NCBI GenBank assembly: GCA_965372795.1
Contig: CBDVDR010000002.1
Span: 160,001 to 224,000, forward strand
Reading direction: 5' to 3'
DNA length: 64,000 bases
From: an uncultured bacterium
GTDB lineage: Bacteria; Zixibacteria; MSB-5A5; GN15; FEB-12
Shown one piece after another: positions 22,092 through 30,880 of this stretch (position 1 is its first letter; each line of letters opens with the position of its first letter). The notes under the pieces were generated by a model. It made no database searches, was not told the DNA's origin, and saw only the letters and a program-made list of their open reading frames with translations. A program made the position numbers and the translations under genes.

Positions 22092-22807
22092 TAGAGAGTC
22101 TCCTTTTTAGCTTTACTCATAAATTCAATAATAAAATTGTTGGCGGTATCACTGATGACTTTCATTTTATTATTTGCCCAGTTAAATGCGATTACCGCCG
22201 GAATGGCAGCGCCCAAGCCAACAATAGTAGCCAGTAAGGCTTCGGCAATACCCGGGGCAACAACAGCAAGCGAGGCTGAGCCACGTTCGCCGATTGACCA
22301 GAAAGAATCCATAATACCAACGACCGTACCGAGGAGTCCTAAAAACGGGGCAGCATTAGCCGTTGTGGCAAGGAAAATGACCTGTTTTTCAAGAATTGCC
22401 ATTTGTTCGGTCAGTGTTTTTTCCATGCTTAGTTCTATTATTTCAAAATCATCATTTTTGAGAGGATTAAATTTCTCTTGTAATCCACCGCCTTCATTTT
22501 TCATTTCATTCAGGCTGTTCATTTCCGTAAAACCGGATTCAAAAATGTTTGAGAATGGTGACTGGCTATGAGATTTTGCCTGTCCGATAGAATCAGCCAA
22601 TTTTCTTGAGCCTCGGAAATATTTCAAAAAGCGGTTGTTATCATGTTCAACAGCACGGTATTGACGCCATTTGTGAAAAATAATAACCCATGAGATAACA
22701 GACATTGAAGCGAGGACTAAAAGGATAAAAATGCCAAAGACAGATGAATTTCCAATAATCTGCCAGACTGATCCGGAAAAAATTCCGGGAAGTATTAATG
22801 TATTCAT
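22091..22807 (-). CDS. tolQ: TolQ/ExbB proton channel
   Basis: APFLGLLGTVVGIM, VAPGIAEALLAT and AAIPAV motifs. Confidence 0.92.
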   Translation of the reverse strand: MNTLILPGIFSGSVWQIIGNSSVFGIFILLVLASMSVISWVIIFHKWRQYRAVEHDNNRFLKYFRGSRKLADSIGQAKSHSQSPFSNIFESGFTEMNSLNEMKNEGGGLQEKFNPLKNDDFEIIELSMEKTLTEQMAILEKQVIFLATTANAAPFLGLLGTVVGIMDSFWSIGERGSASLAVVAPGIAEALLATIVGLGAAIPAVIAFNWANNKMKVISDTANNFIIEFMSKAKKETL

Positions 22808-22860
22808 ACTTGTTGTACGCTCGTACCTTTCAAAAGTTTACTGCAACTGACCAGTCGCAA
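22804..22860 (-). CDS. Putative 18-aa leader uORF (MRLVSCSKLLKGTSVQQV) overlapping the tolQ start
   Basis: AAGGAG, 5 nt, TTG start; TGA stop overlaps the tolQ ATG (ATGA). Confidence 0.35.
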   Translation of the reverse strand: MRLVSCSKLLKGTSVQQV

Positions 22861-22997
22861 TTATTCTCCTTAATTCAGTCAGAATATATACCGATGATAA
22901 ATGGAATCGTCAACAAAAAGAAATTTGAGAAACTTGAATAAGACACTTCGTTTTTATGGGGCAGACGAGCACACAGCAGGGCTAAAAAAAACAGATT

Positions 22998-23030
22998 CAC
23001 CCCCAAACAAGTTTGAGGGTGCCACCCGAC
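22998..23030. repeat. REP-like imperfect palindrome
   Basis: CACCCCCAAAC-AA-GTTTGAGGGTG followed by CCACCCGAC; GC-rich island in an AT-rich spacer; single copy seen here. Confidence 0.35.
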
Positions 23031-23047
23031 GCCCACACAAAACATTT

Positions 23048-23079
23048 AAAAAAAAAGCCTCTCAAAATGAGAGGCTTTT
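23048..23079 (-). terminator. Terminator of the GlmL-like operon
   Basis: AAGCCTCTC-N5-GAGAGGCTT with a T9 tail on the minus strand. Confidence 0.85.
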
Positions 23080-23098
23080 AAAATATTAGAAAATAATA

Positions 23099-24223
23099 TT
23101 AGTCTTCGATCATTTCCACGTTAGCGCGAGGGATAATGGCTCTTTTTCCATCCTCAAATTCTACTTCAAGCACGCGAGCCTTTGATTCGGATTCAAGAAC
23201 ATGAAGCGGGGAAGGAAGGTCTGTGACCGACCCAATCTTTCCAAAATATGGATGACGGATCACACGAACCGGAGTACCGGTTTTTAAGCCCTGGATTTCT
23301 GTGTCAGCTTCCGAAGTATCAATCCGTTCTTCGGTTGATGGAATTACAACTTCCGGTCTGATAACACCGGCACGAATCTGGGTGGCACCGTTGATGCAAG
23401 CCATTTCGCCTTCATGTTTTTTCAGAAGGTCAAAAGTTTTTGAAGCCATGTTGATTTCTCCAAAACCTTCGGTTACAACTAAAGTAACAGAGATATCTTC
23501 TGAACCGGTAATGGCAACACCGATGTCGTAGCCAAGGAAATCACGCAAGTCTTTGTCATTAAAACCACCAACAACGATCCCTTTGGCGCCGACTTCAATA
23601 GCTTTTTGCAAAGCTCCGGCAGTTACAAGAGAACCGCCAACAATGACTTTATCTTTCATGTCAGGATTTATTAAATCTTCTGTTAGCACGGTGGCATTGT
23701 CAGGGGTGGCGATAACGATATTTCCATAAGTTTCACCGCCGATACCAAAGATTCCCTGAACAAAAGAAGCATTACAAGTGACAACTACGCCTTCGTTGGG
23801 GATGACTTCGGTCACTTCACCGCGAAGATAAGCTTTGACTTCAACCGGGACCGGTAGTCCGCGTTGGAGGATTTGGCCGGTAATATGAGAAACAGATTCC
23901 AGAGTACCATTGATTGTAGCTTCAGCCGAAGAAGAGAAGAATTTAATAAATGATTTTTTAATTGCGATAGCTTCGCCTTCTTTAATTGTGTCGCCCTCTT
24001 TTTTAACCATGACCATTTCGAGATCTTCAGGAGGTAATCCAAGTTTGTTGGCTATATTCAGAGGAACTACATTACCGGGTAGGTGAGTACGAGCCACAAC
24101 AACATCGGGGGTAACTTTGTCGCCAACTTTTACCACTACATCACCCTTGAGGGGGAGGATGCGACTTTTTTGAACCAGTAATTTTTCGGTGACTTTGAGT
24201 CCCGGAGTATAGGCATGTGCCAT
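23099..24223 (-). CDS. Uncharacterised cytoplasmic protein: barrel-sandwich-hybrid repeats, alpha/beta domain, C-terminal KOW-like motif
   Basis: VKVGDKV, KKEGDTIKEGE and A...G.(L/V)..V half-motifs; LQKAIEVGAKGIVVGG; GTPVRVIRHPYFGKIGSV. Confidence 0.7.
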   Translation of the reverse strand: MAHAYTPGLKVTEKLLVQKSRILPLKGDVVVKVGDKVTPDVVVARTHLPGNVVPLNIANKLGLPPEDLEMVMVKKEGDTIKEGEAIAIKKSFIKFFSSSAEATINGTLESVSHITGQILQRGLPVPVEVKAYLRGEVTEVIPNEGVVVTCNASFVQGIFGIGGETYGNIVIATPDNATVLTEDLINPDMKDKVIVGGSLVTAGALQKAIEVGAKGIVVGGFNDKDLRDFLGYDIGVAITGSEDISVTLVVTEGFGEINMASKTFDLLKKHEGEMACINGATQIRAGVIRPEVVIPSTEERIDTSEADTEIQGLKTGTPVRVIRHPYFGKIGSVTDLPSPLHVLESESKARVLEVEFEDGKRAIIPRANVEMIED

Positions 24224-24250
24224 AGGTTTAAACCTTCCTAAATTCTTATA

Positions 24251-25006
24251 TTATGATCGAGCTTTTTTTCTTTTTTTAATAACAATAAATAAAACAACAG
24301 CAATCGCCACAAAGATAGCAACTTTCGAACCGTTGCTGCTGCCATCATCGGAGTCAGTTCCTGTTTCAATATCAGCAATTTTCACATTCTCTTTTGGAAG
24401 CGCCGCATCGACGTTTTCATCAGAGAAGGTGTTTACCATATCATAAAAGTCATTTTTACTTGTTTCAAAGAGCGAGTCAGGAGAATAGAAGAAGAATTTT
24501 GCAATTCCCCGGTTATAGAATTTGAACATTAAGAGATTCTTTTTAAAAGATTCTGCTTTTTGAGACACATCGTTTAAAACCGAAACGATCTTTTTTTCTT
24601 TGTCATAGTTGGGTGCGTTTGATTTGAGATCGGTCAGGTAGTTTGCGACCGGAAAGTATTTAAGATCCTCACCGAATAGCTTAGTCATGGTTGCGAGGAC
24701 CGAGTCAATTTGTTTATCTGACAGTTGTCCGATTTTGTCGTAGGTCAAAAACAGATATTCGCCATTATAAAAGGGGTCGTTTGTTTTGGGAGCAAAAACC
24801 GCATCATAGTAAAAACTGGCATCACCGACGTTGTTCTGTGCTAAGTACAAATCGACCGTTGGGTAATCAATTTTCACCCAGTCATCAGGGAGATTAAAAT
24901 AAAACTCGCCGCTTAAACTGACATAGTTTTTTGCAAACGAACTTGTCAGAGTTACAGTTATTAATACTATTACTACAATTGTAAGCAGTTTAATAAAAGC
25001 TCTCAT
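24251..25006 (-). CDS. Exported protein with C-terminal TM anchor and basic tail (possible PsbP/DcrB-like fold)
   Basis: Signal peptide; FYFNLPDDW; acidic linker; TM followed by KKRKKARS. Confidence 0.65.
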   Translation of the reverse strand: MRAFIKLLTIVVIVLITVTLTSSFAKNYVSLSGEFYFNLPDDWVKIDYPTVDLYLAQNNVGDASFYYDAVFAPKTNDPFYNGEYLFLTYDKIGQLSDKQIDSVLATMTKLFGEDLKYFPVANYLTDLKSNAPNYDKEKKIVSVLNDVSQKAESFKKNLLMFKFYNRGIAKFFFYSPDSLFETSKNDFYDMVNTFSDENVDAALPKENVKIADIETGTDSDDGSSNGSKVAIFVAIAVVLFIVIKKRKKARS

Positions 25007-25009
25007 ACA

Positions 25010-26884
25010 TTATTCCCCTGTTAAAGCTTGAAGTTTTTCGGTTGAATAAATATCCAACTCATTCATCCATTTGGTTAAATAACTAACTCTGTCCTTTTCG
25101 CTCAAGGTTGACAGATCAAAAGGTCTGCCACGACCATCAAGGATAACACCGACCACGCCGCCATAAACATCTTTTTCGATTTTCTGTCCTTTACCGGCGC
25201 CAAGATCGTAATGTTTGGTAGGTTCAAACGTAGCTTTGGCAACTATCGGGAGTCCGTTTTCCTGAATACCGAGGTTGAATTTTTTCATTTCGAGATGTTC
25301 AAGAGTACCACTGACCGTTCCGGATGGAAGTTCAATAGTGTAATTCATAACCGGTCCGGCACCTTTTTTGGGAACACCAACCGGGGCAACACAGGTACCA
25401 AGATGGATCAGGCAATCTTTTTCAAATACTTCAGTAGCAGCTTTTGGCTGAACTTCGGTCAAGACCCCAAGCTGAGGCATCATGAAGATTGAGTCGACAG
25501 CCAGACGGGTGACACCTTCCGGTAAGAAAGAATCAATCATCATCAAAGCTGATTGCTGACGGCGAGGTGCGTGAGAAAGAACACCGCCGGAACCGATAAG
25601 CATATCGAGCGTCATCATGTTTACAATGGTAGCACCGGAAGCCGACTGTTCGAAAGCATCGGCAATGGTACGCTGTTGTTGAACGCCTTTTAAGACGGTC
25701 GCAAAGTTTTTGTGCTGAATGAAGGCGAGACGAAGAGCTTCTTTGGCAATTGCCTGTTCAAAAATTAGTTCTTCAAGAGATTGCGGGATCGTAGTCGGGC
25801 GAATCATTTTGTTTTTAACACGGTTTCTGAGGTCGCGTTCATCCATCGGGAATGGTACCCAGCGCATAACCATAGGCAGGGTAGCTTCGGCAAATACATT
25901 TGAGATAGAGTATGACATGCCAAGGTTAGCTGATACCGTACGGTTAAAGACGCCTTCGCCGTCATCTTCCGGACGGAAGACAGAGAATACATCGGTGGTT
26001 GCTCCACCAATGTCAACGCCAACGGCTTCAATATTGTACTGTTCGGCGATAGTTTGAATAATCAGACCAACTGCTCCCGGGGTAGGCATAATTGGAGCAT
26101 CGCCCCATTCCATTAGTTTTTTATAGCCGGGTGCCTGAGCCATGACGTGTTCCATGAACAGTTCATGGATTTCTTCACGGGCAGGACCAAGATTTTCACG
26201 TTCTAAGACAGGACGAAGATTGTCGACAACTTTTAAGTCAACTTTATCAGAAAGAGTTTCTTCAACGTTTTTAGCGGCATCTTTATTGCCGGCATAAATA
26301 ATCGGTAGTTTGTAACTTGAGCCAAGACGAGGGCGCGGGTCGGCGGCTGAAATAAGTTCGGCAAGTTCGACTACGTGAGTAGTTGTGCCACCGTCAATGC
26401 CGCCGGACAGGAGAATCATGTCGGGGCGTAAGTGGCGAATGCGTTCAATTTGTTGATGGGGGAGACGTTTATCATTGGATGAGATAACGTCCATGACAAT
26501 TGCGCCGGCACCAAGGGCGGCACGTTCGGCTGATTCGGCAGTCATTGATCTGACCACGCCGGCAACCATCATCTGTAAGCCACCTCCGGCTGATGATGTA
26601 GAGATGAAGACATCGGTACCAGTATTACCTTGGGCAGGGGAAATGAATTTGCCGTTTTCGTCAAGAATTTTCCTGCCGGATAATTCTTCGAGTTCCGCAA
26701 CAGCGTTGAGAACGCCCATAGTTACATCTTCAAACGGTGCTTCAACCGTAGTTGGAGCTTCACCTCTTGTAGTTTGGCGATACTCACCATTAATGAATTC
26801 AATAAGAATTGCTTTTGTAGTAGTAGATCCGCAATCGGTGGCGACAATAATTTTAATATCGTCAGGGTTATCAAACTTAGCCAT
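25010..26884 (-). CDS. Glutamate mutase L (GlmL/MutL)-like ASKHA-fold ATPase, long form
   Basis: DCGSTTTKA and VDIGGATTDV phosphate loops; TSSAGGGL, AALGAGA, LLSGGIDGG, IMPTPGAV and RTVSANLGM motifs; 624 aa. Confidence 0.88.
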   Translation of the reverse strand: MAKFDNPDDIKIIVATDCGSTTTKAILIEFINGEYRQTTRGEAPTTVEAPFEDVTMGVLNAVAELEELSGRKILDENGKFISPAQGNTGTDVFISTSSAGGGLQMMVAGVVRSMTAESAERAALGAGAIVMDVISSNDKRLPHQQIERIRHLRPDMILLSGGIDGGTTTHVVELAELISAADPRPRLGSSYKLPIIYAGNKDAAKNVEETLSDKVDLKVVDNLRPVLERENLGPAREEIHELFMEHVMAQAPGYKKLMEWGDAPIMPTPGAVGLIIQTIAEQYNIEAVGVDIGGATTDVFSVFRPEDDGEGVFNRTVSANLGMSYSISNVFAEATLPMVMRWVPFPMDERDLRNRVKNKMIRPTTIPQSLEELIFEQAIAKEALRLAFIQHKNFATVLKGVQQQRTIADAFEQSASGATIVNMMTLDMLIGSGGVLSHAPRRQQSALMMIDSFLPEGVTRLAVDSIFMMPQLGVLTEVQPKAATEVFEKDCLIHLGTCVAPVGVPKKGAGPVMNYTIELPSGTVSGTLEHLEMKKFNLGIQENGLPIVAKATFEPTKHYDLGAGKGQKIEKDVYGGVVGVILDGRGRPFDLSTLSEKDRVSYLTKWMNELDIYSTEKLQALTGE

Positions 26885-26988
26885 TTGAAAAAACCTGTTA
26901 TTTAAATTTTAAAATTCTCTTACTTTATTGCGATAACTAATGAAACCAAAATAGTTTATCGCTTACAGTCCGTTTAACAAAGGGTGGC

Positions 26989-27017
26989 ATTATACATAAA
27001 ACATCAAATCTTGTAAA
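26989..27017 (-). promoter_or_regulatory. Sigma70-type promoter for the GlmL-like operon
   Basis: Minus strand TTTACA-N17-TATAAT. Confidence 0.65.
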
Positions 27018-27160
27018 GAGCCTTTTTAGTATAAATTAGAATTATAAGACGGCAAATAGCGGGAATTATCCAATTTATCAGAAAATGAAATTTATCGAAC
27101 GCTTTGTAGTTCATTCACAGATAGTTACAAGGGTTAAATTGCACTAATCTTTCTTTTTTC

Positions 27161-27189
27161 TTGACTTCAAAATACCAGTCTGATAGATT
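27161..27189 (+). promoter_or_regulatory. Sigma70-type promoter for the 12-gene membrane cassette array
   Basis: TTGACT-N17-TAGATT with extended -10 TGn. Confidence 0.6.
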
Positions 27190-27291
27190 GGCAACTTATT
27201 AGTATTTTATGAGGTTTGTTCTGATTTTTAGTTTGATGTTTTAAACAAGTTAATCGTTACTGAATTAACTCTAACTTGAAATGTTGGTTCT

Positions 27292-28587
27292 TTGGTTGAG
27301 GAAATGACTTTGAGTGACTTTTTGAACAATACACCTTCCATAAAAATTTTCAGGAATTACCTTATATATACATTTTTGTTACTTTTCCTAATTACATCAA
27401 ATATTTATTCACAAGATGAAATAGAGCCGGTTGATGAGCCAGCTCAAGTCTCCGATTCAGTCTTAGAAACTTTTGTACCTTCTCCCATAACTGGAATTTC
27501 GGTAAAAGATACTCCTAATGATGCCGGTAATTCAATTACAATCACTTGGGGATTATCACCTGATGATACAGTTGGCGGTAAAGTAGTAAAATATAGAATT
27601 CTCCGGTCTGATACCAGTTTTGCCGGGGATGGATATAAAGAGGTCGGCGATGTGCCGGCTGATAAAAATGAATATATTGATGGTCAGGTTGATGACGATC
27701 ATGTTTATACTTATGTAATCTCTACGGTTAATAATGTAGTAGAGAATGGTGAAACAGTTTGGGAAGTTTCAACCGAATCAGATCAGTCTGAACCGGTAAG
27801 TTCTTCGGCCCAATGGTTTGATATGAGGCGTATCAACGTCTTTGTCGGGGTGTTGATGGTTTGTGCCTTCATTATGTATTATATCAATCAGGCCAAATCA
27901 GGGAAGAAACTGTTTATACGTAAAATTGCCGGACTTGAAGCGGTGGATGAAGCTGTTGGCCGGGCAACTGAGATGGGGAAGAAGATTTTCTTTATACCCG
28001 GCACTCAGGATATGGATAATGTTCAGACGATTGCCGGAGTTACGATTTTAGGGCGTGTTGCCGAAATGGCTGCCACCTATGACACCTGGCTTGAAGTTCC
28101 CGTTTCACGTTCATTAGTATTAGTAACTGCCAAAGAGATAGTAAAAGAGGCTTACTCCAAAGCCGGTCGTCCAGATGCATTTAATGAAGATCAGGTACAT
28201 TATTTAACGGATGACCAGTTTGGGTATGCGGCGGGTATTGACGGCATGGTAGTACGTGAAAAACCGGCGACAATTTTCTTTATGGGTGCATTTTATGCCG
28301 AATCACTGATTTTGGCTGAAACCGGTAACTCAATCGGTGCGATTCAAATTGCCGGAACCGGAATGCCTTCACAACTGCCATTCTTTGTTGCTGCTTGTGA
28401 TTATACTTTAATAGGTGAAGAATTATTTGCCGCATCGGCGTATCTTTCCCGTGAGCCAAAACTTCTTGGTTCATTAAAGGGGCAGGATATGGGGAAAGCG
28501 GTAATTTTGGTAGCGATAATAATTGGAATTATATTGGAAACTTTTAATATATGGAATTTTTCATCACTATTTACGGTGATTGAGTAA
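27292..28587 (+). CDS. Cassette 1 subunit A: FN3-like domain + TM + DUF6754-like domain + TM
   Basis: Signal peptide; D.PND.G..I.ITW; IAGLEAVDEAVGRATEMG, AESLILAETG and ACDYTLIGEELFAASAYL. Start uncertain (27292-27310). Confidence 0.85.
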   Translation: MVEEMTLSDFLNNTPSIKIFRNYLIYTFLLLFLITSNIYSQDEIEPVDEPAQVSDSVLETFVPSPITGISVKDTPNDAGNSITITWGLSPDDTVGGKVVKYRILRSDTSFAGDGYKEVGDVPADKNEYIDGQVDDDHVYTYVISTVNNVVENGETVWEVSTESDQSEPVSSSAQWFDMRRINVFVGVLMVCAFIMYYINQAKSGKKLFIRKIAGLEAVDEAVGRATEMGKKIFFIPGTQDMDNVQTIAGVTILGRVAEMAATYDTWLEVPVSRSLVLVTAKEIVKEAYSKAGRPDAFNEDQVHYLTDDQFGYAAGIDGMVVREKPATIFFMGAFYAESLILAETGNSIGAIQIAGTGMPSQLPFFVAACDYTLIGEELFAASAYLSREPKLLGSLKGQDMGKAVILVAIIIGIILETFNIWNFSSLFTVIE

Positions 28588-28590
28588 GCG

Positions 28591-29238
28591 ATGCGTAGAG
28601 AAATACCGTTATTAATAACCGGCATCGTCGGTGTGGTTTTTGTGATTCAATATTTTGTTCCACATGCCCCCTTTGATCGGATGAATGCATGGTTTTCGGA
28701 TTGGTTTTCTATAATAGGTGCCTGTGCTATCTGGCTTGGTGCGCTTAATTTGTTGAAGATATCTTTCCAAAAGACAATGAAAAAGAAAGCTGACTGGGGT
28801 TATGCCGTTGTTACAATAATTTCTTTTTTCCTGATCACAATAATCGGATTTACTGCGGGCGAAGGGTTTCGGGAGCCGGGAACAGGCTTTACCTGGCTTT
28901 ATGATTTTGTATACACGCCGCTTTCGGCAACGATGTTTGCAATCTTAGCCTTTTTTGTCGCGTCAGCTTCTTATCGCGCTTTTAGAGCCCGAAATCTTGA
29001 TGCGACCCTTCTATTAGTAGCTGCGTTTTTGGTGATGATTGGAAGAGTGCCGGTGGGATATAGTATATCGTCATTTATGCCGGATGCTTTTCAGCTTCAA
29101 AATATAGCGACCTGGATAATGCAGTTTCCTCAGACTGCCGGCCAGCGGGCAATTATGATTGGTATCGCTCTTGGGATTGTCTCTACATCACTCAGAATTA
29201 TTCTTGGTATTGAACGTTCACATCTGGGGGGTGATTAA
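28591..29238 (+). CDS. Cassette 1 subunit B: polytopic membrane protein
   Basis: MRREIPL, TMFAILAFFVASASYRAFRARN and QRAIMIGI...ILGIER motifs. Confidence 0.85.
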   Translation: MRREIPLLITGIVGVVFVIQYFVPHAPFDRMNAWFSDWFSIIGACAIWLGALNLLKISFQKTMKKKADWGYAVVTIISFFLITIIGFTAGEGFREPGTGFTWLYDFVYTPLSATMFAILAFFVASASYRAFRARNLDATLLLVAAFLVMIGRVPVGYSISSFMPDAFQLQNIATWIMQFPQTAGQRAIMIGIALGIVSTSLRIILGIERSHLGGD

Positions 29239-30249
29239 TTGAGTACAAAAATTAAAGAATTGATTGTAGTAGCAATTATTCTGATTGTATCAATTGTATT
29301 TTATTTAGCAAAAATAAATAGCTGGTTTGGAGCAATTAAATTTTCAACGACCGTATCAATGATAATTGTCGGATTGATTTTTATCTCCTTATTGTATATT
29401 CTTTTCTTGACTCTAAAAGGGAAGCCGGTTGGTCGAAGGACAGTTTTCTTATATGTCGGTATTGCGGTATCACTTCCATTTTTTATGGATATTTCCCAGA
29501 CAATAAAGATTTCTCCAGAGGTTCAAACTTTGTATGATTGGATCGAAACCCTTCCGCCGGGTTCCAAAGCATTAGTGTCATTCGATTATGATCCTCCTTC
29601 AGCACCTGAACTTCAGCCGATGGCAGAATCATTTTTCCGCTTCTGTTTTAATAATGATATCAAAGTCATAATTATAGGTCTTTGGCCACAAGGTCCTCAA
29701 CAGGCGAACCTTGCCCTTGAAGTTGTTTTACAGGATGAAAATATAGCGGCTAAAAATTTACAGTATGGTATTGATTACGTTAATTTGGGATTCCAAACCG
29801 GGAATGAGTTTGTTATTCAAAGGATGGGTGCGGATTTTAAATCAATGTTTCCGACAGATTATTCCGGAACCGCTTACGATGATCTTCCTTTAGTAAAGAA
29901 CGTAAAGAATTTTGATAATATAGATTACAGTTTTAATTTATCTGCCGGTTATCCGGGAACAATCGAGTGGGTGCAGGTAGCGGTTGACCGTTACGCTGTT
30001 GATTTGGGTGCCGGCAATACTGCCGTACAGGCACCGCAATGTTATCCATATCTGAGGTCCGGACAGTTGAAAGGGATTCTCGGCGGCATGAATGGTGCGG
30101 CTGAATTTGAATTACTTACCGGACATGAAGGTAAAGGCACAAAGTTTATGTTGTCTCAATCATTTGCTCATATGGTTGTGATAGCATTTATTCTTATTGG
30201 TAATGTCGCCTATTTCAGGGGCGGTCGAGAGAAGAAACTCAAAGGTTAA
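29239..30249 (+). CDS. Cassette 1 subunit C: membrane-anchored alpha/beta protein
   Basis: SFDYDP..APELQPM, DYVNLG, YPYL.SGQL.GILGG..GAAEFE and QSFAH motifs. Confidence 0.85.
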   Translation: MSTKIKELIVVAIILIVSIVFYLAKINSWFGAIKFSTTVSMIIVGLIFISLLYILFLTLKGKPVGRRTVFLYVGIAVSLPFFMDISQTIKISPEVQTLYDWIETLPPGSKALVSFDYDPPSAPELQPMAESFFRFCFNNDIKVIIIGLWPQGPQQANLALEVVLQDENIAAKNLQYGIDYVNLGFQTGNEFVIQRMGADFKSMFPTDYSGTAYDDLPLVKNVKNFDNIDYSFNLSAGYPGTIEWVQVAVDRYAVDLGAGNTAVQAPQCYPYLRSGQLKGILGGMNGAAEFELLTGHEGKGTKFMLSQSFAHMVVIAFILIGNVAYFRGGREKKLKG

Positions 30250-30256
30250 GCGAATT

Positions 30257-30880
30257 ATGGATCATTTTTCAGTATGGGTTGCAGCTTTTTTTACAATGGG
30301 AATTGTTTCCTTTTTGTACAAGGACAATCACTGGTACAAACTCTGTGAATCAATTTTTGTTGGGATTTCTGCCGGATACTGGTTTGTGACTTTGTTCTGG
30401 GATAATATCTACGGGAAATTCTGGCTTGGCAAGGGTGAAGACCCGATGCTTTATGTCGGAGCCTTGTTGGGATTAATGATGATTCTCAGGTTGATTCCTA
30501 AAATTGGATGGATCTCCCGTTGGCCCTTGGCATTCATTGTCGGTGCGACCTCGGGTTTGTATCTTATAAATTATTTTTCATCAAATATAATGCGTCAGGT
30601 TGAAAATACGGTTATGCCGTTATTTGGCGCCGGATATGAAGCTGGAATTTATACTATAATCGGTAATATTATTGTGGCCGTCGGTACGTTTTCAGGGCTG
30701 ATTTATTTCTTTTTCTCAAAAGAACACAAAGGCGCCTTTGGCGCTACCGCCCGAGTCGGAATTATCTTTTTAATGATAACTTTCGGTGCATCTTTTGGCT
30801 ATACCGTTATGAGCCGTATGTCGCTTTTGATCGGACGAATTGACTTCCTGCTTGGCGACTGGCTGGGGATGATTAACTAG
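30257..30880 (+). CDS. Cassette 1 subunit D: polytopic membrane protein
   Basis: SFLYKDN, SRWP, YFFFSKEH and FGASFGYTVMSR; ATG at 30257. Confidence 0.85.
   Translation: MDHFSVWVAAFFTMGIVSFLYKDNHWYKLCESIFVGISAGYWFVTLFWDNIYGKFWLGKGEDPMLYVGALLGLMMILRLIPKIGWISRWPLAFIVGATSGLYLINYFSSNIMRQVENTVMPLFGAGYEAGIYTIIGNIIVAVGTFSGLIYFFFSKEHKGAFGATARVGIIFLMITFGASFGYTVMSRMSLLIGRIDFLLGDWLGMIN

Noticed and set aside
22901..23089. 62-aa ORF in the tolQ spacer
   Set aside because: No RBS; runs through a palindrome and a terminator.
25010..26884. Calling this DNA-repair mutL or evidence of glutamate fermentation
   Set aside because: Motifs are ASKHA, not GHKL, and no mutase subunits are present in the window.
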